From contig NC_134476.1 of NCBI RefSeq assembly GCF_964194025.1, positions 23,064,001 through 23,128,000 of the forward strand: a stretch of 64,000 bases of DNA, given 5' to 3'. A model generated the notes under the pieces. The model was not told the origin of the DNA. It did not search any database and was given only the letters and a program-made list of their open reading frames with translations. Shown here in pieces: positions 1 to 14,720 of the stretch; position 1 is the first letter of the stretch, and every line of letters begins with the position of its first letter. Source of the DNA: Convolutriloba macropyga (lineage: Eukaryota). Position numbers and translations under genes: made by a program.

Positions 1-564
1 GTTGTTAATTTCACAGTCCGCTTTATAAATTTTCTGATTTCATATTCAATGATGCATCAATAAAAGTAAAAAAAAATAAATAAACGTATTTTGCCATTTT
101 TTTCCTTAGTTTTCAGTGGGTTTTTTTTTAGCGAAATAGGACACGAAGTGACCCAAAAATGTCACTCTGGAAAATATACGATAAATTTTATCGATTTTCA
201 CCCATTTTGCATAAAAGGCATTGGAGTCCACTTTTCTTCATACTGCAACCAATTCCCGTACAAAAAATTGTGAGAAAATTTTCTCAGAAGCTATTACACA
301 TGATCTGCGCGAGAACAGTGTTCAAGCAATAGCAAAAATCAGGAGTTCAATTTCAGTTTTTAATAATTCCCGCTCAACTATTAAAACAATATGAACAATC
401 TTGGTCGTGTTTTGCAGCCATTCAGCTGCAAAAGCAGAAGCAAACTTATTCTATTCTGTAAATGGCGTTTTTTTTCTTTCAGACGTTGTGAAAAATCGGC
501 CGCGAAACATACGGTTGTTTTGACGTTTTAGTGACTGGTACGTTTCGCGTTTCTACTTGTTAAA

Positions 565-1322
565 TGTTAAAAATTGTAGATTTTTAGTGCTTCAATATGT
601 ACATTGAACTCCATTAGGAACGGGTAAACTCTCCATAAATATTTTGCATATGTTACAATATGTTAAAAATTGTAGATTTTGAGTGCTTCAATATGTACAT
701 TGAACTCCATTAGGAACGGGTAAACTCTCCATAAATATTTTGCATATGTTACAATATGTTAAAAATTGTAGATTTTGAGTGCTTCAATATGTACATTGAA
801 CTCCATTAGGAACGGGTAAACTCTCCATAAATATTTTGCATATGTTACAATATGTTGAAAATTGTAGATTTTGACTGCTTCAACATGTACATTGAACTCC
901 ATTAGGAACGGGTAAACTCTCCATAAATATTTTGCATATGTAACAATATGTTAAAAATTGTATGTTTTGAGTGCTTCAATATGTACATTGAACTCCATTA
1001 GGAACGGGTAAACTCTCCATAAATATTTTGCATATGTTACAATATGTTAAAAATTGTAGATTTTGAGTGCTTCAATATGTACATTGAACTCCATTAGGAA
1101 CGGTTAAACTCTCCATAAATATTTTGCATATGTTACAATATGTTAAAAATTGTAGATTTTGAGTGCTTCAATATGTACATTGAACTCCATTAGGAACGGG
1201 TAAACTCTCCATAAATATTTTGCATATGTTACAATATGTTAAAAATTGTAGATTTTGAGTGCTTCAATATGTACATTGAGCTCCATTAGGAACGGGTAAA
1301 CTCTCCATAAATATTTTGCATA
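565..1322. repeat. Tandem array, 96-bp unit x ~8, near-identical copies
   Basis: TGTT(A/G)AAAATTGTA recurs at 565, 661, 757, 853, 949, 1045, 1141, 1237 (period 96); one diverged copy of the unit lies at ~2480-2570. Confidence 0.95.
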
Positions 1323-3723
1323 GGTTTTTCAGAGTTTCGGGGGTTCAATTTTTGGTCTGCAGTTGACCCTCCCAATCCCAAGAAAATAATTCTCAAATTA
1401 AGAAAACGTGTGGGAAATTGTAAAAATTGCATTGCTGAATTTGAGTATCCGCATAACAAACCCGGGTCCCATTTATGGGGAGGAAACTTCCAATATGTAC
1501 ATTTTTTGAAGTTTTATTCGTCGAGTTCTTGACAAGTTGAACAGATTTTGATAGAGAGCAGGGCTTAGCAGGCCACAGGCTCGCAATTTTCCTCTCCTGT
1601 GCCCAGTGCTTTCTCAAGTACTTGAATTTTTAGTCTAACATCAAAATTTGAGAACCTCAAGAAAAAGGGACATTAGAAAACAAAAATACGTTCACAATAT
1701 TTTTAGCAATAGAGGAGATCTAATTTCTATCTACAGCTATTTTAGCGTGTCGTTTAGCAAATTGTCAGTCACTGTGGGTCAATTTTGGGCGTTGGTACCG
1801 CACTTAGTTTTGCTAATAACTCGATGAAATAGCCGTCGTAGAAATAACCTGTTTGTTTGTTGGGTTGAGCTCAGCTTGAGCCGTACTTGAATTCCTGAAA
1901 TACCATAGTTTTGTCTGTTTTGTGACTGGTACGTTTCAGGTTTCTAGTTTTGAAACAGTGAAAAGTAATGTTATGGGCTCAGATGCAGTTCCCATACACC
2001 CATAATGTCTCCCTAGTTGTTACGGGTGATTTTGCTATGCTGATTGGAAATGTGTCCCGAAACATAACTCAAAAGTATGTCAAAGCGACCCGAAAATGCG
2101 TCCTGGTACCGTACTTTAGCTAATATCTCTTTGTAGAGTTAGCCGATTTTGGATTTGCTGTTCTTTTTAAACTTAACTTGAGCCCTACTTGAATCACTGG
2201 AAAATGGGTTTTTTCTTGCAGCCCTTAATGAGAAATAAGTGTGTATTTAGCGAAACGTCAGTCCCAGTAGGTCAATTTTGGGCTTTGGTACCGTGCATTT
2301 TCCCCTAATTTCTCATCGTAAAGTTGACCGGTTCTGATCTTTTTTGTTGCATTCAACTCACCCTGAGCCTTATTTTAAGCCCCGTGAATTGGTTTTTTTT
2401 CTTTAAGAAATTGGCCGAGAAACATACGGTCGTTTTGACGTTTTTGTGACTGGTACGTTTTGCGTTTCTACATGTTAAATGTTGACCAATTTTAGATTTT
2501 TATTGCATGAATAGTTGCATTGAACTCCATTTGTAAGGAGTAAACTCCCCATAAAAATTTTGTATAGGGTTTTTGAGGGTTTTTGGGGTTAATTTTTAGT
2601 ATGCAGATGCCCCTCCCACTAGTCCCATGGAAATATGTCTCAAATTAGGATAAAAGAGTTGAGAAATTGTAAAAATTGTTCAATTTGGGTATCACCACAA
2701 CAAACCCCGGTCATATTAATGTGGAGGAAACTTCTCATATGTACTTTGTTCAACATTTTTGGAGTTTCAATGGTCAATTTCGGCTCACCAGATCACCCAC
2801 AACCGCCACGCCCGTTACACCTCATCAAATTGGCTACGTAACCATGCTAATATATATCTTATTCAATTGTTCAGTTGTAGCAAGAACCTGCTCTGAAGCC
2901 CCGATAAACATAAAGTGGAGTGGGTTGTGACTTTATATCGCACACTGCTTTTAACTGTACTATATTTTTGATACTGTTATTCTAAGGTGAGGGCCTCGGA
3001 GCCCCATCAGATGCACAACCCCCCCCCACGCCCCGTCAAGACGCCGGTTGGTCGGCTTCCACCACTGGGTTTATGTGCATCTCATGATGGGCATGTAGTT
3101 GCTGTGCGGTCGAGTTTTACGGGCCTCTTCTTTGGTGTTTCTGAGTGTTTCTGTGTGTTTCTTGTTTCTTTTCATGATAGCCTTCGGTTCTGATTTTTAA
3201 GAGCTTTGCTTGTTTTCCTGTTGGCTCCTTTGGGTGTAGCTGACTTCACTGCTGTCTTCGCCGCTGCTTTTTGTGAGTAACCCTGCGCTTCTGTTGTTTT
3301 TTTCTGAGCTGACCCTGAGTCAGAAGCTGAGTCCTGTTGGTCTAATCTGCTTCACAGAGTTTTGATTAGGTTGCCTTTTTCTACCTTTTTTTTCCTCTTG
3401 TGCCCTGGGCTCTTTCAACTACTTGAGTTCTGTTGCTGATTTTGGTAGTCTAACATCAATATTTGAGTACCTGAAGAAAATTAGATATTGAAACAGAAAA
3501 TATTTTTATAATATGTTTACAATTTTTGAGATCTAATTTATATCTACAGCAATTCTGATGTCAGATCTACCAGTTATGGCTACTGTATAGGTCGTGAATT
3601 GTTAAAAACTTTTGTCAGAATTCAAGAATTATGTAAAAAAAACTTATGGTTTTTAAAGCAATCGGTTTTTGAGAACTGTTAATCTTTGTTACTTGTTTAA
3701 GATAACATACAATAAAAAAAGTT

Positions 3724-5745
3724 TATATCTGACTGTTAAATTGTATTCCCTGCGTTCATAATGTATACCAGGAGGAACGTTTTGTTATAAAAGAAGTATT
3801 GTTTCTTTTTTCGTGATGTCATACTTTGCAGAGTTAGCTATACCTTTTCTTCAAAATTATAGACTCTTTTTTATGAATTTCTCTTTTAATTGACTTTTTT
3901 TGCCTTCTGACGTTCGGGATCAGTTATTTATTGTTAGAATACGTCTTTTATTGCAAAGGAACCTGATTTTTGGTATACTTGGGTCCTCTAGCAGATCACG
4001 TTTCTTTCGGTCTCAAAAAATTTGTAAAAAATTTTTCAATTTTTCAAGGTGTTGGTGTGTTTTATATTTCCCTTGACTGTACCAGTAGCTCCATTAGCAA
4101 ATTATTTAAAAATGGTATCGGAATGAGAAAATTGCAAAAAACATTGGCATTTTCAAACGAAAATTGTTTTTTGAAAAACTTTGAGCTCGATTCTATGTTT
4201 TTTTGACATCTAGGGAAGAATAGGTTCTTATATCTGAATAATAAATGGTATAATCTGCGTTGACAGTGGATACCATGTCAGCCGTTTTGTTATAAAAGAT
4301 GGATTGTTTTTTTTATGATATCGTAGTTTGGAGAGTTAGGTCAACGTTTTCTTTGAGAAAATTTTTTTAAGTTAAAGTTTTTCGGACTTCTGACTTTGAG
4401 GGCCAGTTTTTTATCACTAGTAGACGTCTTTTTTTGCAAAAAGGACTATATCCTTGGTATACTGGGTTCTGTAGCAGATGAATTTTCTTTCGGTTTCAAA
4501 AAAAATCTATAAATCCTTCATTCTTTGAGGTGCGGTAGATGCTCTGTCTTTACATTATTTCCTGATTTTTGTACTTCCCTGGACCGTACGAGTAGCATCA
4601 ATAGCAAATCGTTTAAGAAATTTACCAGAATTTAAAAATTGCAAAAAAAGGTTAGATTTTTTAAGAGAAAACCGTTTTAAGAGAAATGTTGAATTCGATT
4701 CTACTTTTTGGACATCTAGAGGAAAATAAATATATATCTGGCTATTAACTTGTATAATCTGCGTTCACAATGTTTACCAGGACGGCCGTTTTTGTCATAA
4801 AAGAAAGATTGTTTTTTTTTTCGTTATATTGTAGTTTGGATAGATAGGTCTATTTTTCCTTCCAAATTATGGAATTTTTGTGAATTTTTCTTTAGGTTGA
4901 CTTTTTGTTGCTTCCTGACGTTTGAGACCAGCTGGTTATCATTATTTGACTTAGGCTATTGCAAATAAAACCAAATTTTTGATATACTTGAGTCCTGTAG
5001 CAGATAACTTTTCTTTTGGTCTCAAAAAAATCTGTAAAAAGTCTTCAATTTTTCGAGGTGCTGTAGAAGCTCTATTTTTTTCATATTTTCGAAGATTTTT
5101 CTACATCCATGGACTCTACTATTAAAACAAATAGCAAATTGTTTAAAATTCTATTGGAATGAGAAAATTACAAAAAGTTTGACATTTAAAGAGGAACTCC
5201 TTTTTTGAAAAATTTCTAACTACATTCTACTTTTTTGGATATATATAGAAAAAAAGCTTAAATCTGACTATTGAATGGTATAATTTGCGTTCAAAATGTT
5301 TAACAGGACGGAAGTCATTGTTATAAAAGAAGGAATTATTTCTTTTTTCGTGATATTGTAGTTTGGAGAGTTAGGTCTACTTGTTCTTGCAATTTATAGA
5401 CTCGTTTATTGTGAATGACTCTTTAAGTTGACTTTCACTGGCCATCTGGCGTTTCAGACCAGCTGGTTATCACTAGTAATGGTAATCTTTTGCAAAAGGA
5501 ACCAATTTTTTGGTGTACTTGGGTCCTGTAGCAGATAATTTTTCTTTCGGTCCCAAAAAAATTTGTTAAAAGTCTTCAATTTTTCGAGGTGCTGTAGATG
5601 CATTATTTTTTCTTTTTTTCCAAGATTTTTGTACTTCCCTGGACTTTACTATTAATACCAATAGCAAATTATTTGAAATTCTATCGGAATGAGAAAATTG
5701 CAAGAAAAAGTTGTTTCTAACTTCATTCTACTTTTTTGGACATCA
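3724..5745. repeat. Diverged tandem repeat, ~505-530-bp unit x4
   Basis: Unit start TATATCTGAC...TATAATCTGCGTTCA recurs at ~3724, 4229, 4733, 5260; shared GGTATACTTGGGTCCTGTAGCAGAT-like block and TTTTGGACATC end. Confidence 0.85.
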
Positions 5746-8622
5746 TGTTCCACAAACCAAAATTTTCCTAAGCAATTCAGATTTTATATTCCATAATTTT
5801 CTTCTTTTGTTGTAGGTAGACGCAATTTAAATAAAATATTTTTTCTGCGAAACTAATACTGCGCGAGACGCAACGTATGTGATACGCATTTTGATATTTG
5901 ATTCAAAATCATAATTTTGGTTGCAGATGCTATACGTTGCCTTATTGCATGAATATGAGCTTCATGTTAGTTTCGAGGGAAAAAATTTTTGGTTTCCCTT
6001 GAGGTGGTAGCAACGTAGCTTCTAACTAAGTCAGAGTTGAAATTCAAGTCCTTCTTTGGAAAATTGATCCAAGGGAACAGCGTTGTTGTTTCAAAGCTTT
6101 GAGTGATTCTAATGCAACTACTGCTAAAGAAATTGATGAGCGAAGTTGAAATTCTGCATCGTTATTTTTTATTTCAACCGTTTCTTTTTATTTTGAAAAA
6201 TAACTTTTTTCGAACTTCAGGGCGTTATCTTTAGGCAATGTCATACGGGTTGGATATTTGTCATTAAAATATCCATTACCATATTTAATTCTTGTCTTAG
6301 TTTCCCCCATTTCAAGGGCAGTTAATTTAGTTCATTTTCATTAATCTAACTTCATCAGTTATTTGTGTTGCATCACTTATTTGTGTTGCTTCATCAATCA
6401 TTTGTTCAGGTTGCAAACAGGAAACTCTGTTTCTTTAATCTTAATTTTGTTTAAATTTCGATTCATTCTCTCATTTGCACTCAAACAAACCAGTTGTCGT
6501 TCAATTTAGTTAACTGCTTTTCAAAACTAAGCTCAAGAAGCAAAGTAGTCATTCGCATCGCGAATAACCAATTTAAAAAGTGAAATTCTGAATCAATCTC
6601 GAAAGTTTGGCAATCGCACCTCAATGCCCAATTCAAACAAGCAGTGGTATTTTGGCTCAATTGACTAAAGATTCAGCTAAGCAGTATAAAAGGCAACTAG
6701 ATTTCTATACCAATTTATACTAATTTTTGGTGTTCCTTCCAATCAGTCTATCCTTCAAATTCGATCCAACAGAAATTGTATACCTCAGGAAATAGTGTTT
6801 TCCATTTAAGCGGAATGAAGCTTAGTCCATTGCTCTCTGGAATACACAAGGCATATCAGCTAATCCTTATCAATCAAAATTTCAAGTGATAATTACTGGT
6901 CATATGTTAACTAAAAACTATTACAGTGGCTTGTTGTATCCAGGCAAAACTAAATTGACTGTACGTGTACGTTTACATTCATTGCTGCTAAAGGCTCTGT
7001 TTTTGCTAAGCGTTTAAATGGATGAACCAGAGTATTATAGAATAAATTTATGTATACTCTAAATCTTATTATTGATTTTTGTTCAAATTTTAGAAACAAC
7101 GCTTAACTATTTGAATGGTCAGTTTTATTCGTTGTGAAAAAGAAATTTTTTGGTCTGAAGATTCCGATACTTTCTTTCGAAGCTTCTGAAGATTTGTTTT
7201 TGTACTTTCGAATTGATAGATGCTTGTCGATATGTACTTTCGGGTAAATTGCTATGCTTTATGGCACAACAATTTTGTTTTCTTGATACAGCTGGTAAGC
7301 CCCGGGTATTTGTTTCTTCTATCCAATTTTGACAAAAATCTAATTATGCAAAAACTAATACTGTTAATTTTTGAAAAACCAAAGGAAACTCGATATACTT
7401 AGACTTTTCCTGGTTAAAAAACTTAACATCTAAAGGACATCAGAATTACTAGCATAATCATGCAAAAGCCGTTTTTGACTCTTAAGCTTCTTGAAAAAAT
7501 TTCAAATTTTACCGCAGATTGAATATCGGATCATAATCTTGCAAGAATCTTGGAAGATCTTGCAGGTTTAACATGGTCTTGCAAGATAAGTAAGATTAAC
7601 GTCTTTTTGCAAGAATCGGCCGGGGATACATAATATTGATCTTCAATTTGGATTTGCAGATTTTTGTACTAGCCTTCGACCTTCGTTTTGCACGTGTATT
7701 TAGAGAAGAGACACACAGGTGTGAGCAAAAGATTTCCACGGTTGATCGTGAAAAAAAATTTCTACCTCTGTTGTCCTATGACATCTATTTTCAACCTTGA
7801 AATTTCAGTTGAGCCTTCTTCAATTATCTTTTACCCTATGTGTTATCTGATAATTTCAGTATTTGTACTTCGTACATTGATTCTGGTGAAGCCTGACTGC
7901 GGCAAGTTGGTTTCTCAGCAGCGCTTACGTCTTGATAGATATTTTTTAGGTTTGTTTGATTGATTTTCATACGCATTTTTGGTTGCATTTGGTCAAGTTG
8001 TCGGATTTCGATTTTCTTAGATTGAAAGTTTTTAATTGTAGTTTTGATATCATAAAATGGATAGCTTAAAATGCGCAATTTTTGTCTTAGATTTGCTTTG
8101 GATTAAATTTGTAATACAGCACTGTTAGGTCCGGATGAACCAACACAGAGTAGCCCGTGACACTTGATGAGTTCCTGATGTAAAGAGATCGAACCGGGTT
8201 GAGGTTCCAGGCGGAATTACCTCTAATAAGAATATTGCAGAAAAACGTGACCTTTGATTAGACTTTTGTGCGCTCGAAGCAGGCTCCGATCAGCCGAATT
8301 CATCCGGGAGTGACCCTCTTTTTAGACTCAAATCAGACTCAAATCATAGTATGACTGGAGAACCTGACTTAATAGAGAAAAATAGCACATCATAAAAATT
8401 ATTGGACTTTGATTACACAAAGCTGTCTGAAGCATAGACAATAAAAGGTCTGCTATCTATATATACAAACGTCTAACTCTGTATTGAAAAGTCAGTTTTT
8501 GCTATTTCGTCGAATATGTGCATTATTCTTCTTGGTTCGGTTTTTTATTCCAAAGCCTGTTTGTTTACAAATTTGATTTGCTTTCTTCATCCTTTGGTTT
8601 CTTCACAGCCGTCTTTTTTTGT

Positions 8623-9419
8623 TCAAAATTTAGTTGACTCAATTTTTTGCCCGTCATCATCGCCACCCGCAAAGTCCTCTTCCTTAGTGTACATTGGGGT
8701 GAGAAACACTACGATGAAACTGAGAAGTGAGAATGGGAACTGGATCCAGTGAAGGAACATCGAGTACCCCCAGTCGAGGTCTTCCATCTCATCATTGAGA
8801 CACCAGGTGCAGCAGAGGGGACCAAAGAAGCCACAGGACATCTGGATGTAGCTCAGAACAATCACTACGTTGTAGATGTGGTGATGCATCTGAAACAACA
8901 AACCGCTTCTATTCAGTTTCGTAGCCAGTTATGAACTTCTGGCTTTTTGAGCTTGCAATTGCATGTTTCAAACAAAGTAACGTGACTCTGCAGAAGTCTC
9001 TTCCAAATTTTAGTTGAGTGGTTTGTGATTAATACCAGAAGTTTTCATAGGCTTCAAGCCAAATCACAATCATTTTAAAAACTCACCGCGGGTGATAAGT
9101 AAATGGCGGCATGTTTTGTCAGAACCAGAATGCCAAACTCGATCAAGTACGAAATGAGACCCACAGCAATCACATACTGGATCGCAGACGCCACCTTGGA
9201 CACCTCCAACATCACCAAGTCCGGCATATTCTCACACCCGGGAGGTCCCGCGGCAGGGCACTTCATGAACTGGCCATGGTGCGTGACGTCATTGGTTTTA
9301 TATTCCACAGTTGAGATAGAAGCGGAAAGAAATGCGAGGCAAACGAGTTGAAGGGTTCCAGCTCCAATCATCCACCACCCTTTGCTCGCTTTTCCGTAAA
9401 GTTGGTCGCGAAAAAACAT
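8623..9419 (-). CDS. Claudin/PMP-22/EMP/MP20-superfamily four-TM protein, 2 exons (9419-9087, 8889-8623), 199 aa
   Basis: Phase-0 intron GCG|GTGAGT ... TTTCAG|ATG joins the two ORF-track pieces; four hydrophobic segments; first loop HHGQFMKC-x7-C (GLW-x2-C-xn-C-like); WGYS before TM4. Confidence 0.8.
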
Positions 9420-10744
9420 TTTTATTGATGTATTTTATTTTTTATCACAAGAAAACGACTTTTATTCAATCTCAGCAAATCGTAAGAAAACAGTTTTTAT
9501 TCAACTTTGATGAAAATATTTGTTGGAACTCGTTTTGAGACAAAAATTTTACGGGCAAAATTCTACTACTATCTATTCAACCTGTCAGCGAGCTCAAAAT
9601 ATAAAAGTATTCTCTCAAACTCTGTTTTCTAACTAATAAATATTTATTCATTCGCTAAAACTTCGTTTCAACGGCGTTTTCAACTTTAAAATGCATTTCT
9701 AATCGCAAAATTAAATTCTTGAAAAAAACAAGTTGATGCTCGACTTGTTCTTTTATGCAGGCTTAGCTTGAATCAAAGAGCGCACGAGTTCAATTTTAAT
9801 TGCGTATATTTATATATTTACCTTTCTTTGATTCGGCAGATGTATCTCTACAGGCATTTAAATCATGCAATTATCGAACATGTCAAAAATTGCTCTTTAC
9901 TAATGATTAGCATGGGGCGTTATGACGCAGTTTTAAAGACCACCATAAAATTCAAAGTACGCGCTAGCAAGCAAACACGTGATTTTAGATGGCCGATCAA
10001 AACCGAAGTGTAATTAGTGCGAACGAAGAAACTATTTAATAGCATCGTTTTCAAAAGGTTTGAAGGCCAGCTGTACAATAAATTTGCCAAAGTAGTTCCA
10101 AATTTGTCAGATTTCAGAGCTCTTTCATCTTTTGCGCAGAGTTTCTGCCAAGCTTAAAAGATCTAGAACATTCTAAAGAAAACTAGAAGAATTAAATCTA
10201 TGATAGTACGCACAGCACTTTTGGGTCTTTCTGACTAAAGTCATGTGTTAATACAATCTATGACACTAGGTCGTGGGGGAATATAAAACATTTTAGCAGT
10301 GGTCAGAATTTGATGTTCTGCCGTGGATGATCCCAAATGAGAGACTCCATCTTGAGGATTGTGTTTTCTGTTTTTATGAATCATTATCTTTTGAATAATC
10401 CTTAAAAAAATTCAAAGTGTGAATTTCCCTAAAGATCGATTAATCAATAAATTTGCGAGTCATCCAAGGCAATCTTATTGTATAAGTAATTTCGCCAGAA
10501 AAAATCTTGCAAAGATTCTTGCAAGATTTTTGAACCACTTGCAAGACAACGCCCAAGTTTTTCGGTTCGACTTTCTTTTAATTGACAGTATTTTTGTTTA
10601 TGCATGAGACCAATTATTTTTCAACACTAAATACTCAGGTAAAGATGAAGAACGTTCATTCAAGTACACAATCAGACCTTGTTTTTTGTTCCAAAGTAAT
10701 TGTTTCAAGGTAATTGGCAGGAATCAGAAATTTGAAAAATACTT

Positions 10745-10892
10745 GGGTCTTTCCCAATTAGCCCCCATGAATTTATAGCCCCCCATTATGGTATAAATTC
10801 CATGATTAGGGGTGGGGGGCTATACGTTATCTGACCACTGAGCTGGGGGGGGGGGGGGGGGGGGGGTTTGGGGACTATAATGAGAAAGACCC
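10745..10892. mobile_element. MITE with GG termini and 8-bp TSD (Merlin-like)
   Basis: Ends GGGTCTTTC...GAAAGACCC; AAATACTT duplicated at 10737-10744 and 10893-10900; internal poly-G. Confidence 0.8.
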
Positions 10893-11899
10893 AAATACTT
10901 AAACTCATTTGCAAGCTCTCGATATTCCGATGCTGCCTGCCAATTTCCTAAAACTGTTTATTGTATTCCAATTTTTTAAATCAGATTTGATAGTGTTTGT
11001 TCCATTCATAGAGTTTTTGTCTGTTCTTAACATCGTATTTTTCCAATTTTATGATTTTTCAAAACCTTACACGATTTTGATTCTTGGCTTTAAATCTTTC
11101 TCCTCGTAAGTACGTAGGCAAGCTACGCTTAAAATTGGAGCTCATTATTACTTTTTGTACAAAATTTATTGTTCCGACCCCACTTGTGGGGGGGGGGGGA
11201 GGAACTATATACTCAAATGGGTTTTTTTGTTCAGTCAATTTTGGCCGATCCATATATTCATCGCAGAGAAATTTGAGTGGTATCATCAAAATGCTGGTTC
11301 AGCGTAGAATTCAAAAATAAAAAGATTTTTTTCATTTTTCGTTTTTTTCGAGGAGTTATCGAGGATTGAAGTTTTGTGTGAACACGGGACATTTGATCAC
11401 TTTTAGTGTGATTTTTCTTCAAATTAAGATATTTTCTATAAAAATAGTATTTCAAACTTAAATATCTTGCCAAAAAATGAACCAATTTCGTGTTCCTAAT
11501 AGGCTAAAAGCGTTAAAAAAGATTAGTTCTGGTCTCATAGGGAGCTTCAGTATCAAAAAAATTTCGAAATCTATCTGAGAGCTCTTTTTTTTAAAACTTT
11601 TCTACTTTTTTTTGTTTTTTTAAGTCACCTATAGACAATTCATTTTTCATATCGAGCTTCCGTTAATGACAAACTTTTTCAAAGAACTGCTCATGTTTTT
11701 TTTAAATTCGACTCTGAGTTTTCGTAATTTTAAATGACACTTTGAATTTCTTTTTGATGTTTTACTAATTTTTTGAAATCTTATGGCATGAACTCGTTGA
11801 CTAGCAGTGTAATATGTTCCGTAATGAGATTTAAATGAGCATATCTTTTGCTTTGAGTGGACAGCTAATGGCTGTTAAGACTTTAAGATTTTAAAAGTA

Positions 11900-13170
11900 A
11901 ATTTTCGAAAACTTTTTTGAACATTAACCAATCATAAACTTATTATCGTGAACTGTATGTCATTCTCTGTGATGAAAGCACCCTCTTCCGTCCTACTGTA
12001 ACCAAATGTGATCTAGTTGGCAGTTTTATCTTCTAACTTTTAGTAATATGACTTCAATGACACAAGATTTCGAAAAGTTGTGTATATTTTTTTGAATATT
12101 TCCGTAATAGTGGTTACTTTTTAAATCTTATCACATTATCATAAAATTTACAGCTCCTTTTGGCTTAACGAAGACGTTCAGTGGATTACAGATAAGTTTT
12201 TCGGAGAAAAACTTATGGTTTCAAATGGCTTCGACCTTTTCTTCTCGCACTTCCCTAGTGAATTTTTGGTTTTTGCCTGTTTTTGTTGTTGTTTTCATAG
12301 TCTTAGGACTTATTGTGATCTCTTATTGATTATCTATCCCTGACAAACGTCTTTTTCCTGCGATCGTTTTATTTCTCAGCGTAGTTTTTGGCCTCCGTTA
12401 AAAGCTTTTTGTTTTTAATGGCTGTTATGTTTGGAAAAAAAGTTTTTCGAATTTTTTTTGAACACTAACCGATCCTAACCTTTTTTCTTTGACTGTTAGT
12501 CAGTCATAGTACTTTCAAGATCCATTTTTTTCTAATGCAGCCAAATTTAATCTGGTTAGCGTTTTCATCTTCTAGCTATTAGTTTTAGAACTTCAATGCT
12601 ACTAGTTTTCATATTTTTTAAACTTTCGGTTACTTTTTCATACATTTGGATCCTTTTGAAATCTTATACAACTAATGATGGTTCCCATTGTTTTAGGAAA
12701 GACGTTCAAAAGATCATATATAAAATTTTCAGAGAAGAACTTATGATTTAAAAAGCTTCGACACTTTCTTCTGGCACATTTCTAATGAAGTTTTGGTTGT
12801 TGCATGTCTTTGCTCTTGTTTTCATCTTCAATTACTTGTTGTAAGCTCCTTTTGACGAAATATGATTGGCAAACAAACTTGTTGTCTCATGGAGGCATAA
12901 TTTAGCGTATTTAAAGGATTCTGTTGAAAGCTATTGAAATTATTGGCGTTGATACTACGAGTTTTCTCAAAAATTTCATGGTTCTAATGTATTTGTTCAT
13001 ATTTGATTTTTTGAAACTGTATTGATAAAAAAGAAGAGTCCCGTTGCTGTTAAAAAATTAATTGACATATAAAAGTTTTTAGTGAAAAGTTCATTTTCTA
13101 ATGCCTTCGGCACTTCTCTCGCTCAATTTTTTTTCTTGAAAATGCTGTTTTTGCCTGTTTTTGTTCTTTA
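11900..13170. repeat. Old, strongly diverged direct repeats (2-3 copies, ~550-bp spacing)
   Basis: TTTTTTGAACA(T/C)TAACC at ~11912 and ~12454; GCTTCGAC...TTCT motif at ~12228, 12755, 13103. Confidence 0.55.
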
Positions 13171-14499
13171 GGTAGCCGTAAATTGCTGACAAGTCTCTTA
13201 AGCTTGTAATTGAGGATTGAATAAATGATGTTACCCAAATCATTTAGTCAGTTTATAGCCTTTAGTCTTAAAGTTTAGGATATACATTTTCAAACATTTT
13301 CATTTTTTGTTGTTCTTTTCGTCAAATTGTAATTTATTTCCATCAATGAGAGGTCACATCAGATTTCTTGTATTCCAAAAAATAACATATCTACTGATAT
13401 TATTTGTCACCGATGCTTTGTTTTTTGGACAATAAGCGTTTTTATAAACGTTTTTTGAATGGTCATTTTTGCGCTTCTTTTTCTCTTCTTCCAGAACAAT
13501 CGCGTAGTAACAGATCTCAATGGTTTACAAATGTTCCCCAAATAAACATATTTAATCTCTCAGTATAATTCCTGCAGCTGAAATTGTAGAAATAAGAATT
13601 GAAATAAAAATATAATTTTCAGATAATAGCTAATGATTTTAATGGTAGCAATAGTTTGTGTTTTCGCAAATCGCTTCTATTTTTTTTTTAAGTTTTTCTT
13701 TGGTTCGTTTCTAAGTCTTAAACTACCCAAAGACAAGGCCATTTGGTTTTGTAGTAACTTCTTAGTAATTTATTTTTGATTTTAAGTTAAAAGCTAATAA
13801 TTTTTAAGACTTTTGAAATTTCTTGGTTTAAAAAATGTTGATTAATTTTTGATATTCGCCTCCTTGATCGTTCTCTTTGTTGACTTGTAACTTAGACTCA
13901 TTAATAAAACTTTCCATCCGTTGTATAAATAGATGAAATTAAGTTTGAGTAGTTAAGGTTTTATCTGATTTCATTTTGACGTTGTTACTATGTGCTTTTA
14001 AAGTTAGATATTCAGTTTTTGCCGTGAAATTTTCGTTTTTGCTTTGTCTGTTTGGTTGTTTTTTTGTCTCGTTGTCTCTTTAAGGTCAGATCTCAATAAC
14101 GATGCAATAAGGCATGGCATTATGTAATTCAATTAGTAGATGGGCTGTGTAGCGATTGTTTTAAGCTCAAACATCCATTTTTGTTATATCTTCTTTTGGT
14201 TGACAATTAAGTCAAAAGTGTAGATGAGGTCGGGTCGGAACATCATGTGCGACCCCACATTAACGAGCCGCCTTGTTAACTTAAAAAGTAATATGCGAGA
14301 TGTTTTGCAAAAAAAGTCAAATTTTGAGAAGAAAATTGTCAACAACAAGTAAAGCACTACTAATACCTATTTTTTAAGATCCAAAACTCCCATTTTCTCT
14401 AAACTAACAATAAGTCGACATATTTTTATCAACGTATATCGTATTAACGTATATCATAAGCTAGTAAGATAATTAAAATTTTAATGCTTTCTTTTTCAA

Positions 14500-14720
14500 T
14501 TGTAATGGTGTAGCAATTAGTATTTGCACGTTTGTATTTTGCCCTAAAATCATTATGAAACACACCATTATCTCGCAGCTTTGCAAAACTAAAAAAGATC
14601 TTCAATTCTACCATTGGGATCGTCTTCATACCATTGTATGATTCCAGAAAACTTATTACTCTCCAAAGCAACCCAGATGTTTGAGTGATCGGTTTTTGAT
14701 AGCCATGAAAGAAGTTCTCA
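14500..14720 (-). pseudogene. Decayed C-terminal fragment of the lectin family
   Basis: DNA aligns to 16838-16960 (CCATTGGG.TC.TCTTCATACCA...ATGATTCCAGAAA); translates KLRDNGVFHND vs MARYNGVFFHD; frame disrupted. Confidence 0.7.

Noticed and set aside
10640-11290. Decayed minus-strand coding-like region interrupted by a MITE
   Set aside because: Looks like an old ORF with stops and frameshifts, but I cannot assign a family
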